Below, piece by piece: positions 41,889-50,105 of a DNA stretch of 64,000 nt. Source of the DNA: Planctomycetota bacterium. GTDB taxonomy: Bacteria > Planctomycetota > SZUA-567 > H5-PLA8. The stretch covers positions 256,001 to 320,000 of the forward strand of contig JBBRPR010000001.1 of assembly GCA_038227875.1 (NCBI GenBank), in the 5' to 3' direction. The position numbers and the translations under genes were made by a program. The notes beneath the pieces were generated by a model that made no database searches, was not told where the DNA came from, and saw only the letters and a list, made by a program, of their open reading frames with translations. The number at the start of each line of letters is the position of its first letter. Position 1 is the stretch's first letter.

Positions 41889-43704
41889 TATTTCTCTCCA
41901 AGTGCGGGGACCGGCGCGGACGGCGCCGTTGAGGTCAGGCTGTACCAAATGGGACAAACGATGAAGATCGACGAATATGCGCCACAGATCAGTCCCAGCA
42001 GAATAGCCAGCGCGAACATCTGCAGCGGTTCGCAGCCCAGGAACAACAGCGCCGCCGAAGCCACAACCACGGTGAAGACTGTATACAAGGAGCGTGACAT
42101 CGTCTGCCAGATGCTCAGTCGGATCACGCGGAGCAGGTTTTCGTGAGGCAGGAGCGCCCGGTTCTCGCGCAGACGGTCGAAGATCACGATCTTGTCGTTG
42201 ATCGAGTAGCCCATCACTGTCAGGATCGCTGCAATGAACGTGACGTCAACCTCCAGCTTGAACAGCGCGAACAATCCCACCACGACGAGCATGTCGTGAA
42301 TCAACGCAAGGATCGTGGCCAGGCCCGTCTGCCATGAGAAACGCCATGAGATGAAGATCAGAATCCCAAGTGCCGAAATCACAATCGACTGAATGGCCTT
42401 TACGCCCAGTTCGCGAGCCACGCCGGGATCGGACGTGTTCTCTTCGTAGGCGACCTTCTCTCCGTAGGTCTTTTTGAAAGCGTTGACGGCCCGGTGCAGA
42501 TCGTCCGGTGTCAGCACATCGTCGAAACGCGCCGCGACGTGATCGTTCTCATTGCCGCCGATGGCCACCGTCGCCGCGGGCACACCCGCGTCGAGGAAAA
42601 TCTGTTCGGCCTTGTGCTGCTCGATGCTTGCGCCGACATCGAGATCCAGCGCCGTGCCGGCCGTGAAATCGATGTCCCAGTTGAAGCCGTGCGCGGAATA
42701 ACCCCATGCGCCGGCCAGGAGAATGGCCAACGACAGCGCCGCCGCGCGCCATCGCGTCTTGACGAAGTCGTAGGACCGCTCGGGCGATTCATGGAGGTTG
42801 GTCGAGAAGAAAGCACCCGCCGGGATCGCGCCACTGTTCACCAGCAGACCCAGCAGCCAGTGCGACAGGAACACATTCGTGACCAGGCTGATCGCGATGC
42901 TGGCGATCATGCTTAAGGAAAATCCCTGAATGGGGCCGATGCCCACGGCATAGAGCACGATCAGCGCGATGCAGGCCGTGATGTTCGCGTCCAGGATCGT
43001 GCGCAGCGAGCCTGAAAACCCCAAGTGCACCGCCGCGTTCAAGCGCTTCCCGGAACGCAGCACTTCCTTGATGCGCTCGAACGCAATGATGCTCGCGTCG
43101 GCCGCCATGCCGATACCCAGCACAACGCGACGACGGCGGAGAGCGAGAGCGTGGCGTGGATCAGATTGAAGAGCACCAGCATCAACCACAGATGCGTCGC
43201 GAGCATTGCCACTGAGACGAGACCGGCGAGGCGGTACATCGCGATCATGAACAGCAGCACCAACATCGCACCTGCCACGCCGGCGGTAAGCGTTTCTTTG
43301 AGCGCTGTCGCGCCGAGCACCCCGCCGACGGTCTGGGTGTAGCGCTCGACGAGTTTCACCGGCATCGCTTCCGGCCCGCTCAGGATTTCGCGAATCTGGT
43401 CCCTGGTTGACAGTCCGGCAATTTTGATCCGAATGCGATTGGCGCCTTCCAGCGCGATTTCCGGCTCAGCCATGCCCAGTGAGTTTGCGCGGCGCTCGAG
43501 AATCGCCGCTGCGGCGATGAGTTCGTCGCGTGTCGGCGGCTTGCCCGAGGCGAGCGGTTCGGCCGCATACAGAATTTCGTAGCCGCCGTTGAACTCAAGC
43601 CCCAAGCGAATGTGCTTGAGCAGCCAATTGGAACTCAGGCCCATCGCACACACCAGGGTTGAGATCGCCAGCAGCGCGAGAATCAGTCCGCGATTTTTGT
43701 CCAT
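41888..43704 (-). pseudogene. secDF: Compact fused SecDF interrupted by a 1-nt frameshift near 43125 (pseudogene or sequence error)
   Basis: N-part IRLGLEFNGG..LERRANSLGMAEPEI..VGGVLG; C-part LGIGMAADASIIAFERIKE, ILDANIT, DFTAGT, GYSINDKIVIFDRLREN. GCG TT^ GTG CTG lacks one base. Confidence 0.85.
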
Positions 43705-43925
43705 TCGTGCCTCCGCGCTTTTGAGACACGATATTGTCCATGATCTTCGAAAAAATCTTCATTCATTACAGCGATGTAATTAGGTCGTGCGGCACCGGCC
43801 TTGATAGTCCGGTGTCATCATCGCCCTATTTCCGAACGTAAGTTAGGAATCTGAAAATTGCCTGAAAGCGGACTCGGACGCTGGTTACTCGAACTTCCGA
43901 AGGCATAAAAAGCGCGGAGTCAATG

Positions 43926-44927
43926 TTATTGCTTTTCAAATTTCAGAGTCTTTACACACGTGTCGGATGTATCTGGAAAACCATCCCAATCCTCCGGTGC
44001 TCTGGCGCTGATCATCAGCATGGCACTTTCGCCTTTGATGAAATAGAAATTTAACTGCGTTTTGGCGCTTTTGTTGTGCCCGCGAATTCGGACGGCGCGA
44101 TCGCCTGAATCCAATTTTAGTTCCGATTGCTCCAATTTTTCGACCTCTGGATGCGATTGGGTCGCGTTGGTCCACACCTGCGTAGCGTAGTCATTCAGGC
44201 TCAAGTTGGATTTCTCATCCACGAATGTCATGCGCACGACGGTTTTGTCGACGATGGGGCCGTAAACGGCTTTGTATTCGTAGTTCGGAGCGTTGCGAAG
44301 TTCCCATTTCTCCGGCGGTACAAAGGAGTAGTGTCCTTTGCTTTCCACGTACCGTGCGCCGGGTTCAAGCTTGATGGAAATCGGTGTCTTGTCGGAACCG
44401 GGCTTTTCGTGAACAAATGTTTTCACGCTTGCAGCAAGGGTTTCCTCACTGGTGGTGTCGTCCACCAATGTGGAACAACAAATAATCCAACGTCGATGGT
44501 CAATGCCATCCAGCATGTAATACGACTGCTGCACCTTGATATTGTTTTGTTCATTCGAGGTGATTACCGCCACCGCAGTGGAGCCCGAGTTGAGTTTGAG
44601 TTCAAATCGTTTCAATAATTTAAAGTGTGGTGTTGCCAATTCGACGGCAACCATGTTCCGATCCACGTAGGAATCAAGTGATTCGCCGTTATTGATCGGG
44701 TAATCTGAAAACACAACGTTCGGAGAGAAGCCATTTTTACGCTCGCCCTTCAGGGCCTTGTATTTTGAGCCCGGAAATTCAACCTCCTTCCATCCCTTGG
44801 GAGGCTGAATTGAGAAACCACCGCGGTCATCCCTAATTTTATCGTCAAGGGTTCCGGCTAGCTCGGTGGCGGAGCAGGAAAAACAGACGACAATCAGAAG
44901 TGTGGAAATCTTTACGTAAGTTAACAC
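43926..44927 (-). CDS. Secreted hypothetical protein with two repeated PsbP/DcrB-like domains
   Basis: Signal peptide; duplicated FSIQPPKGW../YSFVPPEKW.., SLDSY/SLNDY, LKLNSG/LKLDSG; visibly AT-richer. Confidence 0.7.
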   Translation of the reverse strand: MLTYVKISTLLIVVCFSCSATELAGTLDDKIRDDRGGFSIQPPKGWKEVEFPGSKYKALKGERKNGFSPNVVFSDYPINNGESLDSYVDRNMVAVELATPHFKLLKRFELKLNSGSTAVAVITSNEQNNIKVQQSYYMLDGIDHRRWIICCSTLVDDTTSEETLAASVKTFVHEKPGSDKTPISIKLEPGARYVESKGHYSFVPPEKWELRNAPNYEYKAVYGPIVDKTVVRMTFVDEKSNLSLNDYATQVWTNATQSHPEVEKLEQSELKLDSGDRAVRIRGHNKSAKTQLNFYFIKGESAMLMISARAPEDWDGFPDTSDTCVKTLKFEKQ

Positions 44928-45306
44928 GTAATAGTCCTCATCACGTGGATCAATAATTCATCTGGACGCTGGAGAGATGATAGTGGGATAAAAGGGGACG
45001 GACTACCAAAATTCCCGCGCGGCCAAATGGGCCTTTGACCCTGGATTGATGGTGACGGGTTGCGCGGGACAACGCGTTGAATGCGGGGCGTAGCGGAGAT
45101 TTTTTCAGGTAGTGGATGGATCTTCCGGGTTTGAAATTCTCAAATTTGAAAAACTCGTCCGACGCTTCATTCAAAAATTAAAAGCGCGCGATTGATTGGG
45201 GCGGCTTCCACGTTAAACTGCGCGTCTGACCCAGGCTCGACGCCGATGGGTGAAGAATTTATTCTTCGAACCGTGCACGCTGATTTATCAGCACAAGGAA
45301 GTCCCG

Positions 45307-46944
45307 ATGTCCACGGAGTCCACTTCCAGTTCGTCGCAGGAATCCCGCCCGGCGGATATCCTGGTGGTCGACGACACCACGGAAAATCGCCAGATCCTGG
45401 TTCAATTGCTGCAGCGCGAAGGCTACCGCGTCCGCGCGGCGAGCACGGGCAAACTCGCGCTGATGTCCTGCGAAACGGCCGCGCCGGACCTGATGCTGCT
45501 CGATATATCCATGCCCGAAATGGACGGCTACGAAGTCTGCCGCCGGATGAAACAGAGTCCCGCGTTGCAGCGCATTCCCATTCTTTTCTTAAGCGCGCGC
45601 ACGGAGACCAACGACAAGGTCGCGGCGTTCGAGGCCGGCGGCGTCGATTACATCACCAAGCCGTTCGAGCCCACCGAGACGCTCTCCCGCGTGCGGACGC
45701 ATCTGCGGATCGCTCAGCTGCAGCGCGAATTGGAAGCGATGAACACCACGCTGGAAGCGCGCGTCAAGGAGCGCACGCGCGAGCTGGAAGAGAGCATGGA
45801 GCGGCTGCGCCAGGCGGAAAAGATGGAGCTGGTCGGGCGGTTGGCCGGCGGCGTCGCGCACGATTTCAACAACCTGCTGACCTGCATTCTCGGCAACGTG
45901 GAACTGGCGCGGATGCGCACGCAGCCGGACGCGCCGGTGCTGCGCTTTCTCGACGACGTGGAATTGGCGGCGCGCCGCAGCGCGGATCTGACGTACCAGT
46001 TACTCGCCTTCGCTCGCAAGCAGGTGATCCAGCCGCGGCTCTTAAGCTTGAATCAATGCGTCAACGAGGCCGAACGGCTGCTGCAGCGCACGCTGGGCGA
46101 ACACATCAAGCTGGTCTGTGAGCTCAGCCCGACGCCGCCGATGGTGATGGTGGATCCCGGCCAGATTTCGCAGGTGATCATCAACATGGGCGTCAACGCG
46201 CGGGACGCGATGCCCAAGGGCGGGCGCCTGAACATCAAGGCCAGCTTCGAGACGCTCGACGATTCGGTGCTGAAGGAATATCCGGACGTGCGGCCGGGAC
46301 GCTACGCGGTGCTGACGGTCGCGGACACAGGCACGGGCATTGTCGAAGCCGAGCAGAAGCGGATTTTCGAGCCGTTTTACACGACGAAGAAGCCGGGCAA
46401 GGGCACGGGCCTGGGGCTGGCGACGACGTACGGCATCATCAAGCAGCACGGCGGCCACATCGCGCTGAAGAGCGTGCCGGGGGAGGGGACAACGTTCTCC
46501 GTCTACCTGCCGCTGTGCGAAGACAAGGAACCCCTGCCGGCTCACGAGAGTTCCGGTACGGCGCCGGCGATTGGCGGAACGCCAACGGTGTTGCTGTGCG
46601 AGGACGACGACCTGGTGCGCGAAGTGGTTGAGGCGGCGTTGTCGGATATTGGCTACACGATCCTGGTGGCGCAGGATGGCGATCAAGGATTGAAGATGGC
46701 GCTGGCGTGTCCGCAGCCCATTTCGCTGTTGATCACGGACTTTGTGATGCCGTCGATTTCCGGCTTGGAACTGGAGCGTCGGCTGCGCGAGACGCAGCCG
46801 CATGTGAAGGTGCTGTTCATTACCGGCTACGCGGAGAACGCGATCTCCAGCCCGGGCGCGAACGACAAGCGGCGGCAGTTGCTGCAGAAACCGTTTTCGC
46901 CGAAGGAGCTGTTTAAGAAAGTACGCGAGATGATCGAGGGGTGA
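45307..46944 (+). CDS. Cytoplasmic hybrid kinase/response regulator (REC-HisKA-HATPase-REC)
   Basis: ILVVDDT..DISMPEMDG, AGGVAHDFNNLL, NARDAM, GKGTGLGL, TDFVMP. Confidence 0.94.
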   Translation: MSTESTSSSSQESRPADILVVDDTTENRQILVQLLQREGYRVRAASTGKLALMSCETAAPDLMLLDISMPEMDGYEVCRRMKQSPALQRIPILFLSARTETNDKVAAFEAGGVDYITKPFEPTETLSRVRTHLRIAQLQRELEAMNTTLEARVKERTRELEESMERLRQAEKMELVGRLAGGVAHDFNNLLTCILGNVELARMRTQPDAPVLRFLDDVELAARRSADLTYQLLAFARKQVIQPRLLSLNQCVNEAERLLQRTLGEHIKLVCELSPTPPMVMVDPGQISQVIINMGVNARDAMPKGGRLNIKASFETLDDSVLKEYPDVRPGRYAVLTVADTGTGIVEAEQKRIFEPFYTTKKPGKGTGLGLATTYGIIKQHGGHIALKSVPGEGTTFSVYLPLCEDKEPLPAHESSGTAPAIGGTPTVLLCEDDDLVREVVEAALSDIGYTILVAQDGDQGLKMALACPQPISLLITDFVMPSISGLELERRLRETQPHVKVLFITGYAENAISSPGANDKRRQLLQKPFSPKELFKKVREMIEG

Positions 46945-47310
46945 ACGGAGTCATTGGTCATTGGTCATTGGTCATTGGGTATTGGTCATTTTTCATTGGT
47001 CATTTAACAGCGCTTCGCCAAATGCCAGGCGCGTCTGTGTGTCAAGGAGCAAGCGGCCGTTTGCTTGCTCCTTGCTCAGCGCAACGCCTATGCAATATCG
47101 CTGATCTCCGCGAGGTGTACGAGACTCACACGCAAGCGGATTGATTTTCTCGGCGGCGGAGCATGCGCATTTCATTTGGATCGCGTAGAGCAAGGAGCAA
47201 GCATACGGCCGCTTGCTCCTTGACACACAGATAGGCTGGCGGCTCGCCACCCCGCTCCTCGTAAATGAAAAATGACCGATGACGGATGCGCAATGACCAA
47301 AGACTCCGTT
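46944..47310. repeat. Nested inverted-repeat element: TCATTGG heptamer arms enclosing an inverted pair of family A palindromes
   Basis: 8 heptamer units at 46951-47006; reverse-complement units at 47262-47303; 43-bp inverted copies at 47035-47077 and 47188-47230 (1 mismatch). Confidence 0.9.
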
Positions 47311-50020
47311 ACTGCTTCGTGTCGCTCAACCGCGCGTAGCGGTAATAGACTTCCAAGCAGAGCGTGCTAAGGGCGGTTTGGCCGACGCGGCCCCACATCG
47401 CGGAGTAGTCGCCGGTGGGGAGCCAGCTGCCGGCGTTTTCGCCGATCATCATCTGCGTGGGCAGCAGTGATTTCTGCATGCCTTCGTTCCATTCTTTCCA
47501 GACGTCGCCGCCGGCCTGGAACGTACAGAGCGTGCCATAATACCAGTAGTAGAGATGCTCCTTGCCGGGTTCGGGCGCGCCGAATTTTTTCACGAAGTAG
47601 GTGATGCTGGGCTTCAGGTCTTCGAGCTTACCGCCCATGAAAATGCGGCAGAGATTCCCGATGGTGTGGCAGCAGTCGCTGCCCATGGTCAGTTTCATGC
47701 GGCCCACGCCGGGGACAATCGTCTGGCCCAGGGGCATGTAGCTGTAACCGTGAATCGGACCATACGCGGCGTCGTAGCCGGGGACGACTTCCGGGTCGGG
47801 GGCTTTGAACTGGACGCTGTCGATGAAGCGCGCGGCGCCTTCGAGCGAATGGGGATCGACGTGGAGGCCGGCGACCTTCGCGGACTTCAGCGCCATGATG
47901 AACCAGCCGGAGACGGAGAGATCGCCCTGTTCGCGGGGGCCGTAGCGCCAGCCGAGCTTGCTGGAACCGGAGCCGTTCTGGTGGACTTCCGTGCAGTAGT
48001 CGACGGCCTTTTGCGCGGCGGCTCGAGTTTCGGGAACGTTGCCCATTCCGGCGGCCTCGGCCAGCGCCATGGTCATCACGGCGATGCTGTAACCGTCGTT
48101 GCGGTTGGAGACGCCGTTGGGCAGCGGGCGCCCCTGGATGGGCGTGCTGCGCAGCCAGCGCACGGCGCGCGTGACATTGTCCTTGTACTGTCCCGCGCGT
48201 TCGGAATGTCCCGCGCCGAGGAACGCGAGCGTGGAGATCGAGGTGAGGAAGACCGTCGGATCGTTTTTCGCTTCGCCCCAATGTCCATCGGCGGCCTGGT
48301 GGTAGGCGAGCCACTGCAGCGCCTTGTTGACGGCATTTTCGGTGGCGGGCGTGCCGCCGTGTTTCTGAATCATGTCTTTGCGGCCGCCGCCGGTGCGCGT
48401 GCCGAAAGTGCCGTGGCCGGAGCCTTCATCTGCGCCGACGCCGGTGCCTTTGCCGCCGCCAAAGCCGCCGCCCTGGCCGTGCGAGCGGAAGGTGCCGAAG
48501 CCGATCGTGTCGTCGAGCGCGGGGCCGTCGTTGCCGCCGCCGCCGGGCAGATCGAGCTCGTGGGGTTTGGCGTCGAAGATGTGGGCGTCGAGGTCGCCGA
48601 AGGCGTTGTGCTGGTCGGCGCGATCGGGGTTGTTGGTTTCGAAGTGATCTCCGAGTTCGACGTTCAGCGCATCGGGCGGGATCACGATGTCGTTAAGCGC
48701 CTTGGTGTCGAGCGCGTCTCCCATTTTCACACGGTCGGCCAGCGCGCTGACGGCGTGTTCGTCGCGGAGCTCTTCGGTCTTGAGCGTTTTGGGATTGTAG
48801 AGCTCCGTGGTGACGACGATCGATTCTTCGTGCGGCAGTTCGATCTTCAGCGAGATCAGCATCACCAGCGCGATCAACAGGACGTGAAAGGCGCAGGAGA
48901 CAAACCAGAACGGCACGGCCGCCAGCGCGTGGCGGACGGCGGCAATGCGTGCGGCGATCCGCGCGCGGAGCGGCACGCGCACGATAATTGGAATTGGAAC
49001 GGCGGCGTTTACGGATGCGACTACCGAGACTTCCGGCTCCGGCTCCGGCACGGCGCTCGGCGGAATTTCCGCGGCCGCGGGCACGTTCGGAATCGCGGCG
49101 GCGGCTGCGGCGGCTGCGATGGGTTGCGGCAGTGGCGTCGAGACGGGAACGATGACGGGTTCCGGCACGGGAATCGGGATGGGGAGCGGTTCGGCGATCG
49201 GCTCCATCACCGGCATGACTTCGGAGACGGCTTCGACCAGCGCCGGCGTGATCGTGGTCGAATTCGATTCGATCGGAATCGGTACGAAGCTGGTCGTCGC
49301 GCCGATCACTTCCGGAACGACGGGCGACAGTTCGGAATTCTGCAGCGGCACGATGTCGATCGTGTCGTAGCTCTCGTCTGGAATCACCGGCGTGAGCGGC
49401 GGTGGCAGTTTCGCTTCTTCGGCGGCCAGATCGGGGAGGGATGAGGCTTCGCTTTCGAAGAGTTTCTGCAATTCCTTCGCGGCGGTCGCGGCGTCAACGA
49501 GGACTGGCTCGTCGGGCTTGACGTGGCCGATTACCGTGGACGTGGGGCTGCCGGTGGCGGGCGCAGCGGCCTTTTCCGGGAGCGGTTCGCGGTGGTACGC
49601 GGACTGGAGCAGCGTGCGCACGGCGCGGTAGCGCGCAAGTTTTTCGCGGCAGGCGGAACAGCTTTCGGTGTGCGCGTCGACGCCGGCGCGGTGAATGATT
49701 GAAAGCGTCTCATCGACATACTGCGGCATATAATGTTCGACGCTGCGGCAGTCGGCGCTGAGCATCACCGGTTCAGTGATCGAAGAGGGGCCATCCCCCA
49801 TGTGCATGCCGAATTTTGCGTGCAGGCGCAGCACAGCCTGACAGAGGCGGGAGGAGACGCCGTCCTGCGAAACGCTCAGGCGCGCGGCAATGTCCTCATA
49901 CGAGAAGCGTTCGCGGTAGCGCAGAATGACCATGGCGCGGAGATCGGCGGGAAGTCCGTTGACGCTCCGCAGGATCGAATCGCGGAACCGGATCTTCGAA
50001 GATTCGCTCGTCAGCACCAT
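47309..50020 (-). CDS. Fusion: sigma70 region 4 - zinc anti-sigma (zf-HC2) - Pro-rich linker - TM - prenyltransferase/squalene oxidase-repeat domain
   Basis: LPADLRAMVILRYRERFSYEDIAARL..VSSRL; HTESCSAC; TM FVSCAFHVLLIALVML; ALQWLAYHQAADGHW, GWRY, DLSVSGW, YYWYYGT. Confidence 0.85.
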   Translation of the reverse strand: MVLTSESSKIRFRDSILRSVNGLPADLRAMVILRYRERFSYEDIAARLSVSQDGVSSRLCQAVLRLHAKFGMHMGDGPSSITEPVMLSADCRSVEHYMPQYVDETLSIIHRAGVDAHTESCSACREKLARYRAVRTLLQSAYHREPLPEKAAAPATGSPTSTVIGHVKPDEPVLVDAATAAKELQKLFESEASSLPDLAAEEAKLPPPLTPVIPDESYDTIDIVPLQNSELSPVVPEVIGATTSFVPIPIESNSTTITPALVEAVSEVMPVMEPIAEPLPIPIPVPEPVIVPVSTPLPQPIAAAAAAAAIPNVPAAAEIPPSAVPEPEPEVSVVASVNAAVPIPIIVRVPLRARIAARIAAVRHALAAVPFWFVSCAFHVLLIALVMLISLKIELPHEESIVVTTELYNPKTLKTEELRDEHAVSALADRVKMGDALDTKALNDIVIPPDALNVELGDHFETNNPDRADQHNAFGDLDAHIFDAKPHELDLPGGGGNDGPALDDTIGFGTFRSHGQGGGFGGGKGTGVGADEGSGHGTFGTRTGGGRKDMIQKHGGTPATENAVNKALQWLAYHQAADGHWGEAKNDPTVFLTSISTLAFLGAGHSERAGQYKDNVTRAVRWLRSTPIQGRPLPNGVSNRNDGYSIAVMTMALAEAAGMGNVPETRAAAQKAVDYCTEVHQNGSGSSKLGWRYGPREQGDLSVSGWFIMALKSAKVAGLHVDPHSLEGAARFIDSVQFKAPDPEVVPGYDAAYGPIHGYSYMPLGQTIVPGVGRMKLTMGSDCCHTIGNLCRIFMGGKLEDLKPSITYFVKKFGAPEPGKEHLYYWYYGTLCTFQAGGDVWKEWNEGMQKSLLPTQMMIGENAGSWLPTGDYSAMWGRVGQTALSTLCLEVYYRYARLSDTKQ

Positions 50021-50105
50021 GTATTTAAGACGCGCATTGAGGCGTAATTCCTGCGTTTAGTTCGCGCTAAAGCACAGTCCTCAATTAGGGGGAAGTTTGG
50101 CTGCG

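Noticed and set aside
43039..43189. Programmed ribosomal frameshift in secDF
   Set aside because: No slippery heptamer or homopolymer at the junction; a single-base loss is simpler.
47309..48340. Squalene-hopene cyclase or terpene biosynthesis cluster
   Set aside because: Single repeat domain beyond a TM, no DXDD motif seen and no hpn genes nearby.
47555..49444. 629-aa plus-strand ORF and other long antisense ORFs (e.g. 5949-7304, 33027-34397, 57460-58797)
   Set aside because: Shadow frames of well-supported genes in GC-rich DNA, with no motifs.
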